A stretch of 30,150 nt of DNA from Geosiphon pyriformis uo1 (lineage: Eukaryota > Fungi > Glomeromycota), in assembly GCA_016748015.1 (NCBI GenBank), contig JAAOMT010000416.1, positions 1-30,150 on the forward strand. Direction: 5' to 3'. The translations under genes were made by a program, and so were the position numbers. Positions 11,290 to 24,400 of the stretch are shown in pieces (position 1 is the stretch's first letter; each line of letters opens with the position of its first letter). The notes under the pieces were generated by a model, which was not told the origin of the DNA, ran no database searches, and saw nothing but the letters and a program-made list of their open reading frames with translations.

Positions 11290-12228
11290 TGTTACTAGTA
11301 AAATATTCGTTATTAATTAGCATGAAATTACTCTTCTAATTTCTAGCATTAATTAATATATATTATTATTATTTCAATTATTACTTATTAATTAATTAAA
11401 TTATCAAATATTATCATTCAAAAAATAACCTAATTTGTACCATAAAAATTAAGATAATTAAATTACACAATACTTTAAACTATTTAATATTCAAAAATTC
11501 GCCGAAATTAGTAGAAATTGGCTGAAATAATCAATAGTTTGTAGAAATAATTTGTAGTTTGCTGAAATGTATTTTTAGTTTACCAAAATTATAGCAAAGA
11601 GAAAAGTGCAAGTTTAAAGACTAGTACTATAGCAAGTTGTATAAAAGAAGAACTTCTCTTTTTAAGAAAATGTATCTTATTTTAAATATTTTAATTAAAA
11701 CAAATTATCTCTTATACATTCTTACAAAATCATATAAAAATTAAATATTCAAAACCAAATTCTTAATTATTATACTTGAAATTTACAAAACCCAACTAAT
11801 GTTTTGAAATTGATTAGCTACTAATTTCAATAATTTGTTAGTAACTCCAGATCTGAATAGAAAATGTTTTTCTTGACAACATTTTATTTCTTTTATATTT
11901 CTTTTATTTTTTTTTACTTTTCTTATTATAATTTTTAGAATAGCTTACAGATGAGATTCTTGTAAAAGAGTTGACTTTTATAGCAAAATAACTATACATT
12001 TTTAGTGAGCTTTCAAATGAGCAATTTCTAAAAAAAAGTTGATGTTTATTACAATATAACTACATAAAATAACTGATATAAAATTGGCCATTCTACTTAT
12101 AAGTCTAGCAGTTCAAATTATAGAAAATAATTTAAAGCTAAATTCAGTTATCAAAGATCTAACTACTTCCAGAAAACATGAATTCACAGTCAACAGGCAT
12201 TAAAAACATTCAAAAACCTTTAATAACA
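11290..12228 (+). repeat. 3' LTR of element B
   Basis: TGTTACTAG...TAATAACA termini. About 10% diverged from the 5' LTR in the first 160 aligned bp, with a ~12 bp deletion near the 3' end. Confidence 0.9.
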
Positions 12229-12312
12229 CCCATCATTAAGATTACACAAATTAAATTCATGAAATAAATATACCTAAAACCTAAATTTCTAGAACTATTT
12301 AAGACTTTTAGT
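12229..12312 (+). pseudogene. Resumption of element A (gag/pol junction region) after the B insertion
   Basis: Reverse-complement homology to ~16022-16107 of copy A' (AATTTCTAGAACTATTTAAGAC vs AATTTTTAGAGCTATTTAAATC). Confidence 0.6.
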
Positions 12313-12319
12313 AATATTA

Positions 12320-13450
12320 TTTCCAAATTTTTGCTTTTAAATTAATGTTAATCTTTTGTGGTTAGTATATATATCAAATTTTTAACTTAAATAATCTTTT
12401 TATTTAATAATAGCTTAGTAAATAGCTAAATGTTTTAATACTAAAATGTCATAGTTTTTTTTAGCTGGACTTAAACTTTTGTTAACATATGTTACTAAAT
12501 GTTTTTGTTTATTCAATTTTTTTGTAATAGTATTATTTTTAATAGTAATAATGAATAGTTTGCTGTAATTTAAGTAGATTAATATTGAAATTTAAATAAG
12601 CTTTCTTCTTAATATATTAAAAGCTTCTTGTTGTTTTTCAGTTTATTTATATTTGGTATTTTTTGCTTAAAACTAATATAATAATTAAGCCAGTTTAGAA
12701 AATTTTGAATAAAACAATAATAATATTTAGTAAATTTCAAAAATACACTTAATTTTGTTAAGTTTATTAGTATTAAAAAGTTTTTAATTATCTTAATTTT
12801 ATTTGAATCTATTTTAATGTCATTTTTGTTTATAATATATTCCAAAAACTTAAATTCAGTTTTTTCAAAAAAATACTTAGTTGTATTTAATTTTAGTTCT
12901 GTTTTTCTTAATCTTTTAAACACTTATTGAAAATAGTATAGATAATTATCAAATGTTTTAAAAAATACATTGGTATTATTTAATTAAACTACTATTAATT
13001 TCCATAATAATTTAGTATAAACAATTTTTATTAGTCATTAAAAAATAGCTGGAATATTAATTAAGCCAAAAAACATAATATCAAATTTAAAATTCTTTTT
13101 TTTGATAGTAAATGCTATCTTTTTTTTGTTGGCTGAATTTATAACTACTTGCCAATAACTATTGTCTAAATCCAATATAGAAAACTATTTTTTTCCTTTG
13201 AAAATATCAAATAATTTTTGAATTTGTGAAATTAAATAACTGTTTCTATAAATAATACTGTTAAGTTTTTTAAATCTACACAAAAACAAATTTTTTCATT
13301 CTTTTTTCAGATGAATACTACTGATAATAATTATAAATTTATTAATAGTTAAATTAATCTATTGTTTAACATATAGTTAATTTTTTGACAAATGATTTCA
13401 TGGCTAATAAATAATATTTAATATGTTTTTTGTTTAATTAATATTATATC
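12320..13450 (-). pseudogene. RT and RNase H of A' (degenerate)
   Basis: ILDLDNSYWQV (~13147-13179), VV*LNNTNVF (~12964-12993; YLDD), ORF 12609-12923 (FKRLRKTELKLN..FLEYII) and YVNKSLSPAKKNY (~12452-12490). Confidence 0.88.
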
Positions 13451-13957
13451 TTTAGTTTTAATCTCATATTAAGTAGTAGCTTAATTTAAATACTTTAAAA
13501 TAAGTTTAAGTTTTCCAAGTTTATTTGTTTTAATTGTTTTGAATATAACAAATAGCATTTTTTTTATTCATAGATAGTCTGTAATATAATGTTTACATAT
13601 TCACAAAGTTGTGAAAAATCTGAAATAATAATTGGTAATTGATTCTTAACTTTAGTATTAAGTATTCAATAATAATCTTATTTAATATTTCTATTGAGTT
13701 TTTAATTATATTGTGTATTAAGATCTTGATGTATTTATGATTTTTGGATAATATATATAGATTAATAATAGCAATTTTTCTTGAGTCACAAATAATGAAT
13801 TTAACTTCAAAAATCTGGAATTAATCTTTTACTTTTTTTTCTCTAATTAATATGTGCAGATTATATGATAGAATAGAAATTGATTAATAAATGAAAATAA
13901 TTTTTCCATAATTAATTGTTTTTTTTTGTCATATTAACTGATATCTCTACTCTTTTT

Positions 13958-14370
13958 GTTAATTCAAATCTATTTATCTTTTGTGCTATTATTTTTAATT
14001 CTTTTTTTGTTTTTATTGATACTAATTGAACTATTTTTACCAAAAACAATAATATTGTTTGTTATTTTTTATTGAATTTAATGATATATGCTTTTTCTAA
14101 TTTATTTTGTACTATTAATATAATATTTTTTACATATTTTGTGTAAATTATTTCTCTTTTAATATTAATTTTTTTCTTTTTTAAATTAGATTAGATGTTA
14201 ATTGTATTATTGTTGTTGTTAAAATTTCTAGTGCTAATTTTAAATCTATGCTAGTGTATAAATAAGATTTTAATTTGATGACAGTTTTCTTGGAATATCT
14301 GATTAAACTCTACATTAGTATTATGTATGTATTCTAATATAATATTTTTGTTATTATTATTAAACTATTT
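13958..14370 (-). pseudogene. dUTPase domain of A' (heavily degenerate)
   Basis: HNTNVEFN (HDTDAGFD), IDLKLALEI, INIKREIIYTKYVKNI (INIRGGIIDAGYVGNI) and RFELT (GFGST). Same position as in B. Confidence 0.75.
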
Positions 14371-14559
14371 AAGTTTTTGCTCTCTTAAAAAATCTGAAAG
14401 TGTAATATATTGTTTGAAGTTTTTTTAAAGTTTTAATCATTATTATTGTTGTTGTTATTATAGATAATATTAAAATTAGTATTGTTATTATTATTAGAAT
14501 TTAAATTATAATTAAATTATAATTTAAATTCTAAAATGCATTTGTTAATTGGTTTTTTC

Positions 14560-15240
14560 TCTTTGAAAATTAAAATAATCATGCATAATTGTAAATTGTA
14601 AATAAAATCACAATTGTTATAATATTTAAAATCATTAAAAATAAAACAATGTTTATAAAGTCTAATATTTAATTATTTTAAATGTTGTTTTTATTCCTTT
14701 TAAATAGGTGTTAGATCTTGATAATATTTATAAAATTATTTTGGATCATTTATAATGTCAACAAATATATTTGAGTTTGAAATAAAAATGGGTTTAACAA
14801 ATTCTAATGAGTTGTTTTTAATTGCTAATATTTTATTAAATAACTCATTTTTAATTTTGGCATTTATTATTTGTCAAATTTTATCTTTATTATGTAGATA
14901 GTCATTTAAACATAAAAAAGCTCTGTTTTATACAATATTAAAAGATATTTCTCTGCTTATCTAGTTATTAATAAAAATTGTTTATTAATACAATATATTG
15001 TATATTTTTTCTTACTAAGAATGTCATTCTATATTTTTTTGTTAAGTGGTATTTTTTTATAAGTAAGACATAGTTTGTTGTCTTACTTTTTTTGTTATTT
15101 TGAGTATTCAAAGTGTTTTCAATGACATGTTTTACAATAGTAACAAGTATGTGTTTTATATTCTTCTTTTGAAAAGATATAAACTCTTATAAATAAAAGC
15201 TTTTTATTGCAGTTTTTGTATTTAAGTAGAATATAAAATG
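14560..15240 (-). pseudogene. Cys-rich domain of A'
   Basis: LKYKNCNKKL (~15197-15226), CYYCKTCH (~15123-15146) and DNKLCLTY, matching 5995-6610. Confidence 0.65.
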
Positions 15241-15489
15241 AATGTTTTCTTGGTTTTGGTGTCAAATATAAGATAAATCAATTATTTGTCAGTTTTTTTA
15301 TGAAGATAGTAGCTTGAAATTTATTTGTTTTATTTTTTTTCAAGTAAGTATTAGTAGTAGTTTATTGTGTTTTTTCTTGGCTTATAATACTTGATAGACT
15401 TCTTAAGTAGGTTTTTTTCTTTCTTTTTCAAACTTAATTAATAACAGTTATTAAGTAGTGATAATTATTTTGAAATGACTACAGATAGC

Positions 15490-15900
15490 TAAAACTCGAT
15501 TATGCTGTCCAGTATATATTAGTTAAAATTTTTGGGTGTTCTAGTTGAACACAATATTGATTTTGAATAATCAGTTATTATTAACTAAAACTTAATATTG
15601 TATGGCTTTCATAACTAAAACTTTAATTAACACAATAATATCATTAATTTCAAAAAGAAAGTTATTAATTTTGTCAATGAAAGTTTTTATTATTTTATTA
15701 GCAGTAATAATTTTAATGCTAGCAGCTTAATTAACTTAGTAATCTAATTTGTTTATGAGTTGTTATATAATAATACTATTTGCTAAACTATTATTAATAA
15801 TTAGTTTGATAAATTAACAATCAACTTTGACATTAGCATATATAATAATAATTGGTTTAATATTAAAGATGGCTTTACTAAAAAGAGATATTATTACTGA
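15490..15900 (-). pseudogene. Aspartic protease of A' (degenerate)
   Basis: ORF 15814-15996 ends KPIIIIYANVKVDC, followed by IKLIINNSLANSII (restored IKLIIDSGSAGSII). Confidence 0.8.
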
Positions 15901-16399
15901 TTCTTTAAATTTAAAAGAGAATATTGTGACAAATAACTTATTTTCTATAATAATAGCAGATAGTATATTATTGTCAAGTGTTTTTTGGATTTTCAAGTTG
16001 TTGTATAGATTGTTTACTGAGATGGCTAAGAGATTTAAATAGCTCTAAAAATTCGGATTCTGAACTATTTATTTTTCAAATTTTTTGGATGTAATTTTGA
16101 TGGCTGGTTTAAAAAACTGAAGATTAGTTAATACATAATTATTGTTAATATTCTATTTTGTTAAGTGTAATTAATTTTTAGTCTTTAATTTCCATTGGTA
16201 ATTTGGATTAAAATCTGAATTTGTTGAAGTTAGTAATTAATAAATTATTAGTGCTAGTGTTTAATAAATTAAAAATAAGTATATTGGTTGTTATGTTATT
16301 TGAGAATAATAAAATTATTACTAATATTGTTCTAATAATAAATTACTGGCATAGTTCTGGGTTTGAAATCTGTAATTAAAGTTTTTATATTGATTTCTT

Positions 16400-18090
16400 G
16401 ATTATAAATTATTTATTCTTAAATAACAGTCTGTTTTAATATGTCTTTATTTGTGTTAATAGTGGTAAATATATGTTTTTAGTTGTTATATTAATTTGCT
16501 AATAATGATAAAATGATTGATTAAAATTATGATTATAGTTTCTTGGATTATTGTAATATTAAAAAGACTGATAAATTGTCTAATTATTAACTAAGTATTT
16601 TTTAATCTTTTAATTGATTGCTTTGCCAAATTATTTTAATTTGGTATTCAATTCAGATAATCTATTCATTACTAAATTTATGGCTTAGATATGGTTGGTT
16701 TTGAGTTTAGTTAATTCAAAATCTCTGATATAAATAATTGTATTTTAAAGTGTATTTGAATATAATGACTGTATTTATTGTAATAAACTACAATATAATT
16801 CACAAATGAATTAATTCAAGATCTGTAATATTGTAAAGTAATTAGTGTTAATTGTTTAGATTTGTCACAAATTTTTGTAAAAACATTTCAAATAAGTAAT
16901 AACTGCTTCATTATTATTTTGTTTAATAATAGTAAAGCCAGTTAATAAGTAATTAATGCTATTATAATTACTAAAATACTATAGAAATACAGTTTTGAAT
17001 ATGTTAAAATTTTGAAATTTGTTTATAAAACTCTAATACAATAAATTGACAGTATTTTATAAAAAATAAAAAATTGCTTAAAAAGTTTTGGCATTATTCC
17101 AACTGTTATAATTGTTTTGGCTATATTATTAAACTAATATTATCTTTTTTACCTGTAAATTTTTTTAATTTGGTAATAAGTATGTATACTATTGGTACAA
17201 GTTATTATGATGGTTAAAAAATGGTTATTAGTGCAATTAGTGAATTAATTTAGATAACTGAAAATAAGTTTTGCTAAAAAATAAAAGTGGAGTTTAGATT
17301 GTTTAGGTTTTGCTAAGATTAAATAATTAAAATTTAGACTTCCAAGTTATTTGAAATCAGATTTTAATTATTAATTTCTTAATTATAATTATCATTTTCT
17401 TCTAATTTGGTTTCTGCTCAATTATTAATAGATCTAAAATTTAATTGAAATAACAGTAATTGAAGTTTTAATAATATTGTTGATTATAACTTAAATTCTT
17501 TAAAATAATTGTCATAAGTTTCTAATAACTTGGAATTTTTTGATTGTTTTAAAACAAAACTTTTGCAATAATTAATTTAACTGTTAATAATAATACAAAT
17601 TCTAATAGTATGTTGATAATACTTCTTGAAATATAATAGTACAATAAATGTATTAGAAAAATAACTCTAAATTTTTTCTAGTTTAGTAGTTATATTATTT
17701 TAAATATGTTTATTAATATTTATATCTTGTTTTTGTTTATAAATATAATTTAAAATTTTTGCTAAATGTATCTTTTAATTTTGCAATTAATTTTAATAAT
17801 AATTGTAGCAAAATTGTAATTTAATAGTAAGCTAATGTATTGAAATAATTCACTAAAGAAATTTTTTCTTACTGATTTCGAATCTGTTTGTTCTTTTAAA
17901 AATTATACAATTTTTTTATTAACATAAAAATTAAAAACTAATTTGGCTGGAAAATAATTGTTGTTTAATCTTAACTATTATTAATATTTTTAGAATAAAA
18001 ATTTGGCAAATTTTAAATAGTTTGTTTCTATTACTTTTGATTTTATTACTTTTCTGAATAATTGCTATTGGTATTGGTTTTCTGTTAAAT
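16400..18090 (-). pseudogene. gag: gag of A' (degenerate)
   Basis: Colinear reverse-complement homology with 790-2421. Confidence 0.8.
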
Positions 18091-18113
18091 TATATTTTAT
18101 AGGAAGCACTAAA

Positions 18114-18939
18114 TATTACAAATAATTATTTGGAGTGTTAAAATAAATAACAAATCTATAACTTGGTACTTAATAGTTATCAATAATAATAATTTCTAAA
18201 AATTTTAGTTGATTTTTTATACAATAAACAGAAATTCAAATTGGTTGTTTTTTTTGTGAATTTTTTTTTTTAGAATAATAGCTAATTTAATTTAACAGTT
18301 ATGTTCTTTTGATAAGCTATTCTTAAGTTTTTTACACTTGTTATACAGATTTTTTTACCAGATTATCCTAATATTAATTATTTATTGCTTAATTTTTTAA
18401 TCAATTAGTAAATCACAAAAAAATAAAAATAAAAAAAAATAAAAAAAATATGAAAAGAAATAAAAAATTAGTATTTTATTAATAATTATAATTAAGACCT
18501 ATTGATCTAATATAATTAAGTATTAGATTTTATCAGTATAGATTTTTAATAGTATGAATATAATTAATATTTTTTAATCAAGTAATGATAATATAAATTG
18601 AATAATAATAGATATTTTATTAATATAGATATAATTTTACTTCAAATTATAAGAAACTATCTTTTAAAGAGAAAAGTATTTGTTAACTATTAATTAATTG
18701 TTATTGTTTTGTCTTTTTTTGCTTTTAATATTTTTATTATATATATAATTTATATTATATAAGATCCTATATATTTCTACTCTTTTTTTATACTAGTTTT
18801 TAAAAATGTGTTATAATTTCTTAAAAATATGTTTATTCTTTAAAAATGTGTATATTTCTGTAAATATGCTTACTTATTAAGTACTATTTTTTTTATTGAT
18901 TTATTTTTACATTTAATTTTGTCTATTTTTCTAGCAACA
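18114..18939 (-). repeat. 5' LTR of A'
   Basis: Minus strand starts TGTTGCTAG (18939) and ends TGTAATA (18114), followed by PBS TTTAGTGCTTCC. Homologous to 1-759. Confidence 0.85.
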
Positions 18940-21420
18940 ACTTAAAATTATCCATATTATTAAGCTTAAATAAACACAAAATTTTAGAAACAAATAACTT
19001 TAAACAATAAAATTTAGAAGAATTAACATATTTTATTATACTTTTTGTTTTATACTTAGTTTTTAAAAGCATTGTATTAATAGCAAAAAATACTATTTAT
19101 AATAACAAAAACTATATATTATTAATATTATTTAAAATTTTATACTTATTAAAAACATTTATATATTAAAGAGCAAAATCTAAGAAAAATATCTTAAATT
19201 TGTTTCAAACTTTTTTATTAATACTTTTGACTACATACTTTTACTTATTTTTATTTATTTGTTTGTTTACAAAATTTAATTAAAAATATACTAAATTTCT
19301 TAAATTTATTTTTATAAATATAATAATAAGATTAATTACAAAAAATTTATTAGATTAATAAATATTATACTTAATTAAAAAATTGTGAAAATTATTATTT
19401 ATTAAAATAAAATCTATATACTTTTCAACTTTTTCGAATTTAATTATATAGAGTAATCACAAAAAAAAATTTATCAAAAAATTAAATTAATTCAAATTTT
19501 TAGGCTTTTTAAAATTGATATTATAGTTAGTACTATTTTTATTAAAGTTTTTATTCAAAATTACAAAAAAGCTATTGTTTATAATAATAACAACCAAAAA
19601 ATTAATCTAATAACATAAAATAATCTTTTGTTTAGTGTAGTTTTAGTATATAAACTAATAATAAAAATTAACAAAAGCTTTTTAAAAAAAAGATATAAAC
19701 ATATAAACTAATTAGCTATTTTTAAAACTTTATATATATGTCTAACTATATTATTGTTTAATATAATTACAATATTAAAATCCATGTAATTAGATTTAAA
19801 ACTTAAATTAAAGATTTTGATATTATTAAACTTTGGCCTATAATTTGGTTTTTAAAAGTATTGAAACCAAATAATATATTTTTTATGTCAATATATTATA
19901 TCTATCAGTTTAACAAAATTGTTAATTTCATAAATATTACACATAATAATTTTTCAAATATAATTGGTTATTAAAAAAATAAAATTTAGAAAACTATTAT
20001 TAAGAACCAAAAAATATAATCAAGCTAAAATATATAAATAAAACAGTTCAAAGCTAATAATTTAGATTCTAAATTATTAATTTTGACTACAAAAATTTGT
20101 TATTATTGAATAATAATTAAAAACCAAAGCTAACTAAACTATCAAATAAAAAAAACTTACAATATTTATATTAAATCCAATTATATTACTATTAGAAATA
20201 TTTAACATAGATTAAAAATAAAAAACAGATAATACAAAAGTTTTAACCAAAGCATTTTTATTAGAATTTATACCAAAAAAAAATATAACATATTACTATT
20301 AATTATTTAAGTTTATAATAAACTATTAAATATTAATAACTAAAAAATAAAAACCTGTTTTTTAACATAAAAATAAGCAAAATTAAACACTTTTTTATTA
20401 GAAATTGTTATTTAAATCTCTTTTGTAAAAAAAATACAGAAAATACAATCAAAATTTTTCTTAGATTCAAAATATACAGTTATATAATAAAACTTAATAT
20501 TAATAATAAACAACAAATTTATCAAACAGATTTTTTTTATATTATTTAATAAAACATCAAAGTTATAAGCTATAGTTTTTATAAACAGTATAAACAACAA
20601 TATTTTAACAAGACTAAAATAATTTTTTTTTTAAATATATTTATAAGAATTTTTTTAATAATTAGAATTCAATTTAAGCAAATTTTTGGTTTTTTAATAT
20701 TATTATTTATTATAATCTTGTTTTAAATTTTTTTTAAACATAAACAAAAATTTGATAATTTTTTCAAATTTTAAGGAAGTAGTAGTTTTTTTTAAAACTA
20801 TTTACTTTTGAAAAAAAATTTTAATGACTTGTATTTTTAACTGTTAAGAGATTAATATTCAAAGTAAAAAAATTTTTAATAGAGACTTTTATTTATGTTT
20901 TAACTATTTTTAAATTAATCCATTTTTTTTCTAAAGAAATATTGTAAAAAAAAAGAGTTTTTTTAATTTTTTTATGTTAAAATCAAAAAAACCAAAAAAA
21001 AGCTATATTTTAAATTAGTATTAATTTTTTTAGCTTTAAATATAATAATTGTTAAACCCAAAAAATAATTACTATTAGTATTTATAAAAATATTACTATT
21101 TTTACTATTATTAAACTTACTAACTATATTTGAATAAATATTATTTCAAGAACCAAGTTTGATCAGAAATATATTTTTTTTACTTATAAAATATTTATTA
21201 TTATCAACAAAAATTTTTTTTTGTAAAAAAAAACCATCAACAGAATTATAAAAAACTTTTTTTAATGTTTTTTAAACATGCTATTATTTGAGACAGTTTT
21301 TAAATTTGTTACAAAAAAGTTATTTATTTGAAAAATAATGAATAAAATAAAACAAAAAAACAATAAAAAAATTTTAAATGTAAAAAAAAAAGTTTTTGTT
21401 AATTGTATTAATATATCTTG
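18940..21420 (-). mobile_element. Very degenerate 5' half of a LINE: ORF1 (~20000-21320) plus AP endonuclease and linker (~18940-19960)
   Basis: Minus-strand APE relics I*KIIMCNIYEINN (WKIATCNVRGIN, ~19920-19960), VILNKNFN (VILGGDFN, ~19540-19564) and YIDFIL (~19400-19420). ORF 20412-20600 is an ORF1 RRM-like segment resembling the ORF1 at ~28300-28430. Confidence 0.65.
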
Positions 21421-21429
21421 TAATTAAAT

Positions 21430-24400
21430 AATTAAAACTTGAAAACTATTCTTATTTTTACTTATAAATTTAAATTATTATTATTAAATTATAAATTTAA
21501 AAAATATTATTAATTAATAATAAATAATTTTGTCTTTAGAAAAAAGAGTATGATTAGAAATATTTTAAATTATCTATTTTGCAAAGTGGTTTTTGATTAT
21601 TTGGTAATTGGTAAAAATTTGATTCTGAAATCAATTAATATAAAACTTAAAATTAACAAAATCATAATAAATTGTATAAAAAAGTGGAAGCATTTTTTTT
21701 AATATAATAAATAAAATTAAATTAGTCAATATGGTTTTAGTAATTAAAAATTTATCTGTTGGCAAAACTGCTAGACTATTAGGTATATTAAATAAACTTT
21801 GAAAACATTGTGATAATGTAGTATTGGATTGTCTTTTAGACTTGTTGAATATTTGTATTTTACACAGTAATATTCTAACTTTCTGAAAAAGTGCTTGGGT
21901 TTCAATGATTTCTAAACTCTATAATTAAGATAGTAACTTTACAAACACATAACTTATTGTTTTATTAAAACTGTTAAAAAATTTTTATTAAAAATTTTGT
22001 CAGATCACATATCTTTAGCTTGTAGTAATTTCAATATTCTCCAAAATGACAATTTCTTTGTTCTAAAAAATATTTCAATTTAGTTACCTGTGTTTGCTAT
22101 TAGTTTGGTAGTGAAAAATGCCCTAAAAAAAAGAGCTCTGGTTAATCTTACAAGATATATATAAAACTTACAATTTGGTAGTGTAATATCATCTAAAGAC
22201 TAGTTTAAAATATATCAAAATGTGTAGCAAATTTATTAGATTCTTTAAAAAAATTTATCTGAACAAAACCAATAGAATGATAATTGATTTTGGTTTTTTA
22301 AATAATTACTAAGTGCTAAATAAACTTAATTAAGATGAAATATTTTTACCTCTTTTCTAAAAAATTTTTTATAACTCTCTTTTATGTAGATACAAAGTTA
22401 ATTTAAAATTTGTCACAAAATCTGGTAAAGTAGAATTGTAGAGTGAAATAACTTTTTATCTTGCTACTGAAACTTTTGTGAATAATACAATTTGAGTTGA
22501 CAATAGTTAGACTGTCATTTAGTATATTTTAAACATAACTAATGAATTTTTTGCTCTTAATAATATTTTTATAAACACTAAAAAGACTGTAATTATTCTT
22601 ATTAATTAAAAAATCAGAGATGCTTTTTTGTTTATTAGCAGTTTGTCTATTACAGTGGCCAAAAAAGATGAATCTCATTAGTATTTAAATATGTTTTTGT
22701 CTATAGAAAGACTGTTAAAACTGAATTTGGTTAAAGTACATTTAGATATATAGTTTTTTTTGAATATGGTTTTGTGCAAAACTATCTCTAATAAACAATT
22801 TTGTTATCTAATTTCTTCACTTTTACAGCTTATTATTAGCTATAAAACACAATTTAGTTTTATTTCTGAGTGCATTTGTACTAAATAAAATACTGTGATC
22901 AAAAAAAGCTTAAAGATCAAATCATGTTTTTTTCATAATTTTTTTATGATAACATTGTTATATCTTTTTTTATACAGTATTAAAACATTTAACTTGGTAC
23001 AGACTGAGAGTAAGTTATTTTTTATCATTAGTTTTGCAAATACTTTTAGTGTTTTAAGCTGGTTTTTTATTTATAAATGTTTAAATATACAAGTTTTCAG
23101 TTGATTGTCTGTGTATCTATTGTGTTATTCTATTAAGTTGTATGTTAATTTCAAGGATAATTTTTTAGTCAGAATTGTTAAAATATTTTTATTTTGTGGC
23201 TTGTCTTTTTCTGCTGTTTTGTCATGTATATTTTATTTCTCTGGTGAAATGCTGATATTTGAAGTTCTTAAACATAGTGTTTTCTTTAAAGTGGTCTGTT
23301 TTCTAAGACATTATAGAATTGTTTTTATGGAACAACTGCTGAACAAAAAAGATAATTGCTTCAATTAAAAACGTTTTAAGTACTGAAAATATCTGAATCT
23401 GTAAGAATTTGTATTAACATGGTTTATCTTGACTGTTTATTTTTTAGGTAACAAATTATCTACAGCTAACAATATACTTTATTTTTTTGATAACCACTCT
23501 TATGGTTTTATCATGGCTAATTTAGTTGGCCAACTTAAAGACATTCTACTGAGTTTTGGTTTGAATTTTTTTAATATATATACAAACAGTTCTGTAAAGT
23601 GTTTTGGTTTTATTTTGGTTGTTATAGAGACTGCTGCATTTTATTTTGATGTTGGTGTCAGTATTAGAATAAGGATTTAGAGTATTATGTCATTAATATT
23701 GGTTAAGCTTAAGGCTATTGCTTTTGTATTTGTTTGTATTCTTTTGGAAAGCAATATAATTATTTATTTAAACAGTTAGATTGTCATCTTTGCTTGTGTT
23801 GATGAATCAGGTTTAGCTTTACCAGATTTTAAAAAACATCTGTGGATAAAATAGCATTAGATTGTAAATTTTATTAATAAAAAGTCACTTACAGTGTTTT
23901 GAGTCAAAATCAAAGGCCATTTTGGTGTATTAGAAAATAAATACATAAATGTGCTTATATTTAACACATGCTATTGTGATGTAATTTTCTTTATATTTGT
24001 TAATGAATATTTTGTGCAATCTGGTGATTTGGTTTTGTTTTACAATATTTATTATTATGTTAGAGATTTTTACTGTGTATTGTATCAAACTAAATAAAAA
24101 GTTGAATTTGATTCTAATGTGAAAAGTTATTATAATGTCAACATAATAGATTGAAAAAAAACTTTTGAAGTTTGGTATTCTAATAGGCACATGGCTTTTG
24201 GCTCTATGAACTATTTGTTAGCTTTTTTAAGAACTTATTTTATAAAGATATTATATAAACATTTACTAATAGTTGTCCAGAAACATGTATACTATAAATT
24301 CTATTTGAGTATAAAGTGTTTGTTTTGTAATATAATTGACACTTTTAATCATGTTTTTAAGTGCTTTTATAATAAAACAGCTTGTGGCAGAATTCTAATT

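Larger units (their letters stand above)
2422..12228 (+). mobile_element. Near-full-length, inactivated Ty3/Gypsy LTR retrotransposon B (~9.8 kb) nested in element A
   Basis: Two ~0.93 kb direct repeats, PBS, PPT, and domain order gag-PR-(Cys-rich)-dUTPase-RT-RH-IN. Confidence 0.93.
12313..18939 (-). mobile_element. Ty3/Gypsy element A' (A family), 3'-truncated within RNase H; no integrase or 3' LTR
   Basis: On the minus strand: LTR, PBS, gag, protease, Cys-rich domain, dUTPase, RT and RNase H, in that order. Confidence 0.9.

Noticed and set aside
15827-16042. 71-aa plus-strand ORF
   Set aside because: Antisense to the pre-protease region of A'.
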